In this document: positions 51,034-64,000 of the stretch, piece by piece
Position numbering within the stretch: the first letter of the stretch is position 1
Layout: each line of letters starts with the position of its first letter
Assembly: GCA_017654855.1 (NCBI GenBank)
Contig: CM030337.1
Location: 806,001 to 870,000, forward strand
Source of the DNA: Podospora anserina
Taxonomy: Eukaryota
Length of the DNA stretch: 64,000 nt
Reading direction: 5' to 3'
Program-made: the position numbers and the translations under genes
Notes under the pieces: model-generated
What the model was told of the DNA's origin: nothing
Database searches by the model: none
What the model saw: the letters and a program-made list of their open reading frames with translations, nothing else

Positions 51034-51821
51034 GGTTATGGTGTTTTCTATGGGTGTCGGGGGAGGAAAGGTTGTGGCCTGTTAGCTGCCATGGAGGCTC
51101 GTATCTCGAATTCGAACTTGGCTGTCTGCTTCGGAAGACGTGTCTCGGTCTGCTAGAGGGCTGGAATCGAGGGGCGGCACTGGACGAGACAGGCTGGCAG
51201 CTGGTCTTCAAAACAAACTGAAAGTGGAAATATCGTCGTCAAGTCTGGTATAGAGCTTCGTCATGGGATAGTGCTCAAGTTCAAGGTTCAAGGCCTGGTG
51301 AAGGGACAGGTGTACCTAATAGCCGGCGGGGAGCTTGGGCTAGGGGACCCTTCTGTGCTGCAGCGGCAACTGGCTTGATGACAGCTGCGGCGTGGGATGT
51401 CCAACGCCAAGCTCAAAATAAAGTGGGCCTGCAACGCAAAAGGTCTGGGCCAATGCAGATACAGTGCGCGCCTCACTGTAGCTTTCCAGTTATCTGGCTG
51501 CGGCTCACAGTGTAAACAACCTCAATCAGCTAGACGCACACTGTACTTGGCCATCCTCAATTTTCTGCAACCACAGCGACAAGGCCAAAAAGGTACACGG
51601 CCTTCTTTCTCTACTCTTCACCATCCAAATCCTACAACAACGACGGGGATTTGACCCATCAACCACGACTTTTCCACACACAGCTGGAAGTCGCCAATCA
51701 ACTCCCGACAAGGCGATTGACACGCGACGCTGATGCAATTAGGTGCGCTTGTCCCTGAATCGCAACAAACAAACTGCCTAGCCTGTCCGGGCTGAAATTT
51801 GTACTCGAACACCGCGTCAAG

Positions 51822-54800
51822 ATGGGTATTCCCGCCGCCTTCAGGTGGCTTTCCACCAAATATCCCAAGATCATCTCCCCGGTGATCGAGGACACCCCGA
51901 TTACCATGGACGATGGTGCCGTCATCCCGGTTGACACCACCAAGCCGAACCCCAACGGCGAGGAGTTTGACAACTTGTACCTCGACATGAACGGTATCGT
52001 CCATCCCTGCTCTCACCCCGAGGACAGGCCCGCGCCCAAGGATGAGGAGGAGATGATGGTTGAAATTTTCAAGTACACGGACCGTGTTGTGAACATGGTG
52101 CGGCCGCGCAAGCTTTTGATGATCGCTGTCGGTATGTCGAACCCTTCCCTTGATTATCAGAGGCAAAAGCTAACTCGATCAGATGGTGTCGCTCCCAGAG
52201 CCAAGATGAACCAGCAGCGATCCCGTCGTTTCCGCGCCGCCCGAGATGCCAAAGAGAAAGAGGAGGACAAGGAGAAGCTGCTCAAGATGCTCCAGAAAGA
52301 CAAGAAGAGCACTGTGCAGGTCCAGCCCGTCGAGGAGGTTGTTCAAAAGGCATTCGATTCCAATTCAATTACTCCTGGCACACCTTTCATGGACATCCTC
52401 GCAGCTTCTTTGCGTTACTGGTGCTCGTATAAGCTTAACACAGATCCTGCGTGGGCCAAAATCAAGGTCATCATCTCGGATGCCACCATTCCTGGCGAGG
52501 GTGAGCATAAGATCATGGAGTATGTTCGATCGCAGCGCAACTCGCCAGGCCACGACCCCAATACTCGCCATGTCATCTATGGCCTTGATGCTGATTTGAT
52601 CATGTTGGGTCTTGCCACTCATGAGCCTCATTTCCGCGTTCTCCGTGAAGATGTTTTTGCCCAGGACGCCAGACCTAGATTATGCAAGCTCTGCGGCCAA
52701 AAGGGACATGATGCCGCGAACTGCCGGGGAGAGGCCAAGGAAAAGGAGGGCGAATTTGGCGAAAAGGACAGGGCTGCCCCTCTGAAGCCTTTTATTTGGC
52801 TCCACGTCAACATTTTCCGCGAATAGTACGTCAACAGGCCGTGATATGTCTTCAAACAACTCTGAACCGATATACTGACACACGTTCAACAGCCTCGCGG
52901 TGGAACTCAACGTTCCCGGCCTTCCGTTTGCTTTTGACCTCGAGCGCGCTATTGACGGTGAGTGGTACCCCGGAAAACATACTATCCAGGATCCCACCCT
53001 TTGCTGACCAAATGACCAGACTGGGTGTTCATGTGCTTCTTCGTCGGAAACGATTTCCTCCCTCACCTGCCTGCTTTGGAAATCCGAGAGAATGGTATCG
53101 ATACGCTCGTCGCCATTTGGAAGGACAACCTACCTTCTATGGGCGGTTACTTGACCAAAGATGGTCATGTCGACCTTGAGCGGGCCCAGCTTATCATGGC
53201 TGGCCTTGCCAAGCAAGAAGATGCCATTTTCCGGAGAAGAAAAGAGACCGAAGACCGGAGAGAGGCTGGTTTCAAGAGGCGGAAGCTTCAGCAAGAAAAG
53301 CAGCAGCAACGTAATGGCCAGGGGCAGCAGAACTCGCCATCATACCGCAAGCGGGGGCAACCGCCGCCGGAGACCTTTGCTGCAGCGAGCATGAACTTGA
53401 TATCTGTGTCTAACATTCAGAAGCCGGCTGCGCATAGCATCACGCATGATATGGTGGTGAACCGCCAGGCGGTTGATCAGGCCAATGTGGCCAACAAGAG
53501 CGCTGCCAGTGTCCTCAAGAGCCAGATACAGAGCCTTATGAACAAGCCCAAGGAAGAGGCCCCAGCCCCCGCCGCCGAGGAAGCCAAGGAGCCCGTTGCG
53601 GAAGAGGCTCAACCAAAGTCGCCCCCGTCTGCTCTCGGCAAGCGCAAGGCCGAGCTCATCACCGAAGCTGATGCCAACAGTCCCGCTGCGAGCTCGGGTG
53701 CTGAGACTCCAGCCTCGGGCGAAGAGGAAGCCGTCGACACGGTCAGGCTCTGGGAAGAGGGCTACGCCGACCGGTACTATGAGCAAAAGTTCAAGGTCGA
53801 CCCCAAGGACATTGAGTTCAGGCACAAGGTTGCGCGCGCCTATGTGGAGGGTCTCGCCTGGGTGCTGATGTACTACTTCCAGGGCTGCCCGTCTTGGGAA
53901 TGGTTCTACCCTTACCATTACGCGCCCTTTGCGGCGGATTTTGTCGACCTGGGCAAGATGACGATCAACTTTGACAAGGGGAGGATATCCCGTCCGTTTG
54001 AGCAGCTGATGAGTGTGCTTCCTGCCGCGTCGAGACATGCCATCCCTGAGGTCTTTCATGATCTCATGACCAATGAGGATAGCGAGATTATCGACTTTTA
54101 CCCGGAGGAGTTTGACATCGATTTGAACGGGAAGAAGATGTCGTGGCAGGGGATTGCGTTGTTGCCGTTTATTGAGATGCCGCGGTTGCTGAAAGCGATG
54201 GAGCCGAAGCAGAAGCTGCTGAGTGAGGAGGATAGGGCGAGGAATGAGCCCGGGAAGGAGGTGTTGATTATTTCGGACGCGCACCCGGTTTACGATGATA
54301 TTACGCAGAAGTTTTACAGCAAGAAGCCGGTGGGGGATAAGGTGGAGATTGATAGTGCGTTGAGCGAGGGGTTGTCGGGGAAGATTGAGAAGATTGAGGG
54401 GTATGTGCCTCATGGGGAGCTGAGGTATCCTTTGGAAAGGCATACGTTTCCGGATGTGGACTTTGATCGGACGTTGAGGTATGTTGTTTTATCGATTGAT
54501 ATATGTGTGTGGCCATGGCTGACAGTGTTTTTTTTAGTGTTCACTATGAACTTCCCTCCAGCTCTCACATCCACAAATCGATACTCCTCCGCGGCGTGAA
54601 GCTACCTCCTCCCGTTCTCGACAGGAGCGACATTGAGATTCTCAAGGGCAAGGGCCGCAACTCTGGACGGGGCTATGGTGGTGTGCCCTTTCATGGAAAT
54701 GGTGGTGGCGGCAGAGGCGGACGTATCAACTATGGTCCTGGAGGTAACAACCGTGGCGGCGGCGGTGGTGGTGGGTATAACAATCACTACCGCGGCAACA

Positions 54801-55246
54801 GCAATAACAACAACCAGTCTCAGGGGTATGGGAATGGGTATGGTAATGGGGGTGGATATGGTGGTGGGCAACAACAGTTCCCTCCTGTTCCTCCTCCGGG
54901 CTGGCAGCCGCCGGTCCCTCCTGGGTTTCCCGGGTTTGGGCAGGGTGGTCCGCCGCCGGCGCCGCCGGGGTATGTGCCGCCTTATCAGCAGGGGTATCAC
55001 CAACCGCCGCCGCCGAACAGGTATGCCATGCCGCCGGTGCCGCCGCCGGGGGCTTATGGTGGTGGTGGTGGGTATGGGGGACAAGGTCAAGGGGGTTATC
55101 AGCAGGGTCGGCAGCATGATCAGTATCGGCCTCAGGGACAGCATGATATGTATCGGCCTCCTCAGGGAGGACAAGACAGGAGACGGGATGGGGGACGGGG
55201 TGGTGGCGGTGGTGGTTATAGGGATAATAGGGATTATCGGAGGTAA
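51822..55246 (+). CDS. RAT1: Nuclear 5'-3' exoribonuclease 2 (Rat1/Xrn2/Dhp1), 5 exons: 51822-52131, 52183-52825, 52893-52957, 53020-54478, 54538-55246; 1061 aa
   Basis: [62 protein letters not shown], zinc knuckle [14 protein letters not shown] and FFVGNDFLP. All introns are canonical and the exon total is divisible by 3. Confidence 0.97.
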
Positions 55247-56542
55247 AGGGGGAAGGTGTTGTGTTATGAGCAGATGAGTGGGAGTTGGCACTTGGCAGTT
55301 GGGGTTGTATAACTTGTGTGTGGGTAGGGCTATGATTTGTATCGTGGCGATTGTTTGGTGTGCTATACGGTTTGATCACATGCATGCAAACACATTGTGG
55401 GACATTTCATCATGGGTGATAATGGAGTTATGCTCTTGTAGTAGCTTGTGGATATAATTTGAACAACTATTGCATTACGACGTCAGGGGAGATTTGATAA
55501 TTTCTAGAGAATTATAACTAGCGGGTTTCATTAGTCTTGTTTGATTTGGTGTTTTGGGATACCGGCATATTTGCTATTTCGGGGGGTTGGATGAAATAGG
55601 AAAGTAATTCATGCGGTACAGAATATTGTTTTTCTCGAGGCATCGATCGTCAGTCGAACAAAGGAATTGATGATCTGCGCGGAGGCTTGGGATAGTGAAA
55701 TGAAGCCCCTCACTTGCCGTGTGGTGAGAATAAAGAAAATGGGCATGGGCATGGGATGGGTGCTGGATGGGCAATGTAACATTTTTGATGTTGTGGTGGT
55801 GGTGGTGGTGGTGGTCACAGTGGGAACGGTGAGCGGACAAGCGCGGGAAGAAGGACGGCAGAGAGGAGTGTCCGGGGCGGTGAGCATGGGGGGGCTAGAG
55901 ATGATGGAACAGCACGCAAACAACCTGGCAAACCCACCACCCTCATGCTGCCTGCCCCGGCATTGTTCAAAGGTGCGAATCTGGCGATCTAGTTCGTGGG
56001 AAAGGAGAGAAGAGAGACTCGAAATCGGTGGACAGGCCCCCTAGGCAGTTGAAGATTGTTGCTGATTTTTGTTAGGGGTCCCCGCTTACCTAGGTATGGT
56101 AGGTCCCTCCCCGCCCGCATCGGCCACCTACTCTCCTAACCCTCCCCCACACACTACCTACTATTATCTCCTCCACTCCATCCCGTGCTCCAAGCGTGCC
56201 GCAATCCGGCGTGTGTCCCATCCTGCGTTTCCGGCCGACTACCCACCCACCCCCCAGGTTTCGGTTCGTTCGTGTGTGCCTGTCCTTTCAAGTCGGTGTG
56301 TGTCTGTGTGTGTGCCTGGCCTGGTTGTTGCTTTTGCATTAGCTAGCCTTACGGGTGGTTTTTTTTATTACTTATTTTTTTCTTCCTTTGCATTGGCCCT
56401 CTTTTAGTGACGAGAAAAAGCAAAGCAAAAGGCATAGCTACTATCAGACACAGACCGAGACGCCGACGACAAAGGACCAGAGAAAAGAGAGAAAGGAGGT
56501 ACGGATACCGCCGTCTTGCTTGCATCTTTAGCTGCGCGCCGC

Positions 56543-56611
56543 ATGATCGGTGCGACGACGACGACGACGACCGACACCACCAACACCCACTACCACCACC
56601 ACCACCCGTGA
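56543..56611 (+). promoter_or_regulatory. Putative uORF1 in the RasGAP leader (MIGATTTTTTDTTNTHYHHHHP*)
   Basis: One of only two ATGs seen between about 56100 and the main start. Confidence 0.35.
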
Positions 56612-56822
56612 AAGCTTCCAATTTGACTGCAACGATTGCAAAACACGGCGCGGTTCGGATTGTGGAAGGGAGGAGAAGGATAATTATATCTTTTGGACTT
56701 GATTTCACGGCATCCATCCTCAACCAAAGCCTCGGCGATAGCTCCCAACCAGCAGCAGCAGCTTCGCGAACCCCCGACGCAAACAAAAAACAGCTTGCAA
56801 AGAGGAGGACCTCCCCCTAATC

Positions 56823-56867
56823 ATGAGAAGAAGGCGGAACGGACCTACTAGAATCGACGCACAATGA
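56823..56867 (+). promoter_or_regulatory. Putative uORF2 (MRRRRNGPTRIDAQ*) whose TGA overlaps the main ATG
   Basis: ATG at 56823. The stop TGA at 56865-56867 overlaps the ATG at 56864-56866 (ATGA). Confidence 0.5.
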
Positions 56868-59800
56868 ATGGTGACGCCCTGGTGGGCAGCCTGGTGGAAA
56901 GGCTGAGCTCAAGGGTAAGGTGTTTTTGATGGACATGATGAAGAAGAAAGAGTGCTTTGCTTTTTTTTTTTCCTCGGGAGAGATTCTGGGAGCTAATTGC
57001 TTTTCTCGGACGACACACAGCTCCCCCACCGTACCGGCTCGCCTACCTCTGATTTCGCTCAAGACGAAGTTGTCTTAAAGACGCGCTCGACACTCGTCAA
57101 CCTCAGCGCCCTCGGGTCCATCGCGCTCGTTCTCGACGCCCTCCTGACCGTGCTCAAGGAGCAGGCCCAGCCCTTTCGAGCTCTTCTATCCCACCCGCCG
57201 CATATAATACTTTCCGAGCTCTACATCCTCGAGCTCATCGCCGACTGCTGCGCCAGCCACTGGTACGGCTCCCAGAATGGCCCGATTACCAGCAGCAGCG
57301 ATGGATCAAGGTCGGGGACATCCTCCCCTACCTTGGCCGGCGAGGGCCCCTTGTCCCCTGCTCAGAGAGCTACCTTTTACCCGCCCGAGTCTCTGAGCGA
57401 GAGCCTTCTAGCTCGCGTGTTTGAGGCGATCAAGGTGCTTTTTGAGCCCATACCCGAGAATTATATCCTCCCAGCCAAGACCATCCTCGACGACACCTCG
57501 GCCAAGCATATCACTTTCCCCACCCCCGAAGAACCAACTCGAACACCACTCTCCACCCCATCGAGCGAACCCCCCGAGACGAGCCGGTTGCTGGGGGCTC
57601 AAGCAGCCGCGATAGAAGCCCACATCAAGCTCATCGTAGAATACGTCACGGCCTCGAGCTGGCCCAAAGCATTTGAATACTTCCGCAACGTCATCTACGC
57701 CGTCCGAGCCAATGCGCCACCCCAGGGCACCCCCATCCCCAACGCCGCCGCCGCCGAAGAGGAACGCTCCGCCTTGATTATGCTCAGGCTTGTTTCGTTC
57801 TTTTGGGTCGACGCCCAGAAGCTGAGTCTTGTTATTCAAGAGTTTTGTTCCAGCTTTTTGCACTTTAGAAAGTCGTTTCAGAACACGGTCGCGGTGGTGA
57901 CGCCGCTGTTGATTACAAGGTGGTTGGACAGGTACCCGGAGGAGTTTATTGCTATCCATTCGATACAGAAGCGGAGGGAGAACGCGCCGGATACGCTGTT
58001 TGACATGACGCAGACGGTGGTGGATAACGGGCGGAGGAGGGCGGTGCTGTATCCGATGCAGATGACGTTGCTGTTTTTGCTGCCGGACGTGTTTGAGGTG
58101 GCGAGCAACATGCGCGAGGCCAAGTCGGGGGGTATGGCGAAGAAGGTGCAGTTTTTGGAGGGGTTGAGGAAGGCGTTACGGAATCGGAATGAGCAGGCTG
58201 CTTATTGTTTGGTGCTCTTGCTGCGAGCGGCGAGGCATTTTGACACGGAGAGCGACAGTGCCTTGGTTTCGTACGCGATGGATGTGCAGGATGAGGTGAG
58301 GGATGCGGTTTTTAGGCGGTTTCCTCCGGGGAGCGGTGAGGGAGGGGGGATGTTTGAGCAGGATGTCATGACGGCGGCGTTTGTCTCGTTGAGTCACTTG
58401 AACTTTGAGAGCTGTGTCGACTCGTTGGCTTTGACGTGTCTGGCGCCGAGTGCGCCGCACAGCTTCAAGATTACGGTTATACAGGCTTGTGCGTACTTTG
58501 CGAGGCTGGAAGAGAGGGGGAGGTACCAGCCGCTGTTCTCGGCGGCGAGCGCGTTTATTCAGGGGCAGCTGCATACCATGAGTGAGCTGCTGCATGAGGG
58601 GTATATCGAGGATCAGGTTGGGCAGAGGAAGGTGTTGGAGAGTGGGGGGATGGTGAGCATGGTGAGCAATGTGTTGAACTTTTTGGATGCGAGCCCGATG
58701 ACGCTTTTTGAGGGGCCGCCGACCGAGAAGAGCGAGAGGGATCATTTTTATGAGGAGAATTTGGAGGCGTTGATTAGCTGTATTATTGCGAGCGATGAGG
58801 GGATCAGGAGGTTGGCGACGGGGGTGGCGAGACGGTTGTTTGGGGATGAGAAGTTTATGATGACTGTGAGGGCGAGTAAGGGGATTAGTTCGACGGGGTT
58901 CAAGACGAACTTTTGGAGGTTGACGTGAGTTTTCCTGATGTGACCGAGGGAGGGAGTGGAAGGATGGATGGAAAATGCTGACAGGGTTATAGGTCGCTCA
59001 TATTGATCTTGATATGTGATAGGGCGAGGTGGCCGAGCACGGCGGATGGGCTGAGGGCTGTTCAGGGGTATTTGGAGTCGAGGCTGCATTTGTTGACTTC
59101 GATTCCGGAGTTGGGCAAGATCTCCGAGGATGTTCCCGAGAGGACGGCTGCTTCGACAAAGTTGGAGACGTTGTTTTTGCTGTCGCTTTGCTCGGCGGAT
59201 ATCGAAATCTGCCAGATCGTGACGTCGTGTATAGGAACGTTTCTCGAGGAGTGCAGGCTTATCGATACGACTCCTGCGACGGCCAAATCATCACTTACGC
59301 TTTTGCGCAACGGAGAGGTGTTTGGTGAGATTTCGTCGAGGGATTTCAGGTTCACTGGGCTGGTTGCGTTCCAAAAGAGAATTAGGTCCCTCCTGAGGCG
59401 TATGCAATACCCCAGTGCAGGTATTCTGGATGCCTGGGAGCTGGTCTTTGAAAGATGGCTTCATTCGTCCAAGGATCTGTCTTTAATGGCAGTCGAGGGC
59501 GGGCAAGAGAGAATGGTTGCCGAGTGGCGAAATTACTCGGGCTTCTTGGCCTCGCTGGGTGGTATTTGCACGGCCGAGCAGGCCATCAATCACGAAGAGC
59601 CTTCCATCAGTGGGCTACGATGGATCGACAGGTTGTCTTCTGTGAATCATGAGGAGCCGCTGTTGAGTCAGTACCTGAAGTTGAGCGTTCAGCTTCTGGC
59701 ATGCGCCAACGTCAGAATTCGTGAGACCATCAGGGAGGTCTTGTCAACCGAGGTCCCGCCTTCGCTGTATCAGCCCCTTTTCAAGGCATTGGAGACGCAG

Positions 59801-62800
59801 CTTGATGTCCTCTTCACTGGGGCCATGGAGCCCAGTGTCAAGGGGCAAGACAACGACATTATCTTTGCAGAGCAGTCCTCTTCTCTGCTGAAGGCACTGG
59901 TGGAAAGGCTTGATACACCAACCGACCTCGGCGCGGCATCCTCTCTGCATCTTGGTGCTCTTTCCCTCAACTTTGCCAAGTTTCTGGACGGCGTCCCTGA
60001 CACTCCTTCCTGCTTGCGGGTGAAGATCAAGATCTGTCAGCTCTGCGAAGCTGTCACAAAACGAAAAGAGCATCTCAATCTGCGTGATGATGTCCGCAAC
60101 CGCAATCAGCTGCTCGAGTACATCTTTAGCTGGATCGCCCGGCCACGCTCACCACGTGGTGACAACACCGGCTACGGCAGCAACAGCAGTCGTGAGAACG
60201 AGATGGTGCGTGTCCAGCGGGACCTCGACAGGGCCTGCCTCAGAGCTTTGGCTGAACTCACTTACCGTCTTCCTCTTCAACCAGGCGATGGTCAGACAGA
60301 TGCTGGCACGAGTGAGCTCAAGTCACAGATGTTCCACCAGTACTTCAACCGCTTCCTCTCGCTGCTCAACATGGACTCGGCCAGCTCGGTCGAGTTTGGC
60401 AGCACTCACCGCGGTCATCAGTTCACCAAAGATGCTGATGTAGCCACGCCTGCTGATCTTGCTATTTCAATCTTGTCGAACCTTCTCAGTGCCAACATCG
60501 ACGTGGGACTGAAGCATTCGCTGAGCATAGGGTACCACGAGAATGTGGAGATCAGGACGGCGTTCCTCAAGGTGCTTCATAATATCCTGGTGCAGGGTAC
60601 CGAGTTCAACAACCTCAGCGATGCGGCCGTGAGCGAAAAGTACGATGAGCTGATTGAGCTGTTGATCAACGACACCAGCTTGGCTACGGCGATGAGCGCC
60701 GTCTGCCCAAGTCACGACATGGACGAGCTAACCATTTCGTTATTGAACATCTTTGAGACGAGGGGGCTCACCTTTGTGTTACTCGAGGCTCTCATAAAAC
60801 AAGAGGTCGACGACACGGAGAGCGAACCTGAATTGCTCCGGAGAACGTCGGTGGCAAGCAAGATGCTGTCCATCTACGCCAAGTGGAAGGGCGTTGGGTA
60901 TCTCAAGGGCACGCTGCAGAATGTGGTCGAACGGTTGATGCTGACGTCCAGGGACCTGAACCTGGAGCTTGACCCGACGAGGGTGACGAGTCCGGAGGAG
61001 CTGCAGACAAACGCGGAGCACCTGCAGATTGTGGCCAAGGTGTTTATCGACAACATCTGCGCTTCGACGGACAGCATGCCGGCGACGTTTCGAAAGATTT
61101 GCAACATCATCTCGACGACGGTGGTGCAAAAGTTTCCGGACTCAAAGTACACGGCCGTGGGGGCGTTTATCTTTTTGAGGTTCTTTTGCCCGGCCATTGT
61201 GGCGCCCGAGGCCGAGGGGTTGGTGTCGACGCCGCCGTCGAAGGAAATGAGGAGGGGGTTGTTGCTGATCGCGAAGGTGGTGCAGAACTTGGCGAACAAT
61301 GTGCTCTTTGGGGTCAAGGAGCCGTACATGTTTCCGCTTATTGAGTTTTTGACGAATAATATCTATCGGGTGACGACGTTTCTGAGGGAGATTTCGGTGG
61401 GTTTTTTTTTTCTTTTTTTTTTTTGGACATGAGAGATGAGGAAGAGGTTTTTGCTGACAAGATGATATCAGGCTCCTATGAGTAATTTCGAGAATCCACC
61501 CAGTGGCGAGTCGTTCGACTTTGGTAGCTGTGTTGGACTGCACAGGTTTCTCTATGAGCATTGGGACCAGGTTCGGTTGAGGCTCAAGGCGCAGGAAAGA
61601 CGAGAGCTGGTGAGGTCGCCTTCGGGAACGACACGCGCTCGGTCACCTGTTTTGGAGCCGCTGAGGAATTTGATTATGAATCACTTGGGCCCGACGCCGC
61701 TGGCGGTTACTTGGAACAGGCCACAGATCTCGGCAAACAGCCCACCGGCGTATTCCAGGTTCCAGGACTTTATGCTTCGCAATGCTTTCCGTAGCACGGA
61801 GTCTTTCCTTACCGCGAGAGCAGTCTATGATGGTGGTGAGAGCAAGGACGGACTGTCTATCATTTGCATTATTCTCAGGAACATTGATGCCGAGTCGATT
61901 GATTACGACACGCTGATCTACTGCTACCTCAAGATTGCCAGCAGGCTGTGGCATCGTCCGTTTGGCCTGCTGATCGATGCCACCTGCTACAATGGGCAGA
62001 CGGAACCGAGGGACGAGCTGTTCCAAAAGCTCGAACAGCTGACGCCGACCGAGCTGTCAAAGCAGCTGGCACGGATCTACATTTACAACATGAACAGCGC
62101 CTGCAAGAAGTGCTTCCGCCGCGTTCTCAGGATATCAACCCGGAACGAAGCCAGCGTCTTCAGCCCCAACAACGTCGAGTACCACCTCATCGGCAGCTTG
62201 CAGGACCTGCAGGCGCACTTCCACCTCAGCCAGCTGCACCTCCCCAAGGAGACCATCAGTGTGGTGACTGACACGCGATACGTCTTTCAGCCCATCACTA
62301 GGCTGTCCAAGTCCAAGGGCAAGATTGACGTGGTCATCAAGGTGGGCAGCCAGTTTGTTCAGGTGACCACCACCAAAAAGCAAGACGTCCCCGGGTTCCG
62401 CCTCAACACGACTGTTAATGACATTTTCCGGTTGGGCGACGTGGACGAGGCGCCGACTTCGATCCAGACGGAGGACGACTCTGCTTTTGGGCTGCGGGCG
62501 GACAACGGCAAGATTGTCATGTACTTTACCAGTCCCAAAAAGGCAGATGTGCTGCAGGCGATCAGGGCTGCCAAGGCCAAATATGGGAAAGATACGAGAG
62601 CTCTCAAGTCGTTTGATCGGTTGATTCGACCGCAGGATGTGCCTGGGACGTTGCTCAACCTGGCGTTGACGAACCTGTCGAGCGGGGATCCGAGGCTGAG
62701 GCTGGCGTCGTATAACCTTTTGAGTGCGCTGTGCAAGGCTTTCAAGTTTAGCGCCGCGTCGATGCTGATGAGCGGGAAGGACATCTCCATCCCGCCTGAC

Positions 62801-64000
62801 CCGTCGAGGTTTATTGTCGGCATCAGCAAGAAGCTCGCCCAGGCGGAGCCGCAGTTGACGTCGGATTTTCTGAATGAGTTCTTTGTCGGGTGGGACAGCT
62901 TTTCGGATGAGCAGAAGCCTCTTAGTTTGGAGTACATGGCTCCCTGGATTCCTAGCCTGCGGACGTCGCTCTTAGCGAGTGAAAGTGAGAGTGATAAGGG
63001 GAGGGAGAAGATTGCGGCGCTGTTCCGGAAGCTGATTGATATTACGCTTAATGATCCGACGCTGATGAATACACTGGGGCATTCGGTGTGGCCGGTTATC
63101 CAAAGGGATGAGGTGCTGCTGGACATTTTGCTTGATGAGATCATCAAGACGGCGCTGAGCATTGGGTTCATGGATGAGCAGACGGAGGTGTTAGCTTCGG
63201 TGGCGAGTCAGATTGGGACGATCACCCTCAGGGCGAGGTTCATCTCGCGGTTGAGGAAGGCGTTGAATCGGACTTCGCTCAGGCCGACGAGGTCGTTGCC
63301 GGATAATGCGGTTTGGAACGAGATTTGCGTCTTGCTTCAGTTTTGCAAGGCGTTGGCGTTTGACAGCGGGGTGCAGGCGCAGATGTACCTGGCCGAGATT
63401 TTTCACATTGTGACGATGCTGGCCAATACTGGCATGTCGGATGTGAGGGTGACGGTGCATCAGCTGTTGACCAACACGCTGCATTCGGCGTGCACGCACT
63501 TTGAGCTGGACGAGGCGAGGCAGGGGAAGATGAGGGCGACGTTGGAGATGTTGTCGGACAGCAAGAGCGAGATCTTTGTGAATTCGGTCATGTCGTTGAG
63601 GGATGGGGCGTCGATCTCGACTAATCAGGAGGCGGGGAGCACGCTGGGCGCGACGGAGAGCCTGGCGGCGATATTGTTTGAGACTTGCTCGGTTGCGGCG
63701 CCGTCGGTGGATTTGGCGAATGCGTGGAGGTCGAGGTGGATGAGTTTGGTTGCTAGCACGGCTTTTCAGAACAACCCGGCTATTCAGCCACGCGCTTTTA
63801 CCGTCATGGGCTGTCTCGCGAGGGAAGAGGTTGATGATGATTTGCTTTATCAAGTCCTCGTCGCGCTGAGGAACAGCGTGGGCAGGTTTGGTGACGACAC
63901 GAGCAGCGACATGCTCGTTGCCATTGTCACCTCCCTCTCCAAAATGATGGCCAAGCTTCCCTCTGCGTCACGATATGGTCTGCAGCTCTTCTGGCTGGCC
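56864..64000 (+). CDS. Neurofibromin/Ira-type Ras GTPase-activating protein, 3'-truncated by the window end. Exons 56864-56914, 57021-58924, 58993-61396, 61472->64000
   Basis: N-terminus LVERLSSR|LPHRTGS, EWRNYSGFLASLGG, LSNLLSANIDVGLK, RasGAP motifs FIFLRFFCPAIVAPE and LLLIAKVVQNLAN, a Sec14/PH-like region (RPFGLLIDAT) and RPQDVPGTLLNLAL. Introns are canonical. Confidence 0.95.

Overview
Eukaryotic, intron-containing fungal DNA. GT-AG introns with CTRAC/CTAAT branch sites, the gene set and the strong C-to-G skew switches inside genes suggest a Sordariales fungus such as Podospora (inference). The window holds housekeeping genes: the 3' end of DGK1, KXD1, a candidate MPLKIP/SNRNP27-motif protein, a lipocalin-like protein, a Cir_N/LENG1-like protein, SEC18/NSF, a four-finger C2H2 transcription factor, SSP120, TRM12/TYW2, USO1/p115, RAT1/XRN2 and the 5' part of a neurofibromin/IRA RasGAP. 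There are two tRNA genes, Gly-GCC and an intron-containing Ile-AAT. The centre (about 13.6-38.7 kb) has no confidently intact host protein gene. It carries degenerate coding-like relics and one intact 1294-bp Tc1/impala-like DD34E transposon with bipartite TIRs in a palindromic TA target. I found no clear multi-gene novel system. The best leads are the dual-motif RNA-processing candidate, the intact transposon, the ATG-depleted leader of the C2H2 gene, the uORFs of the RasGAP and the intragenic skew switches.
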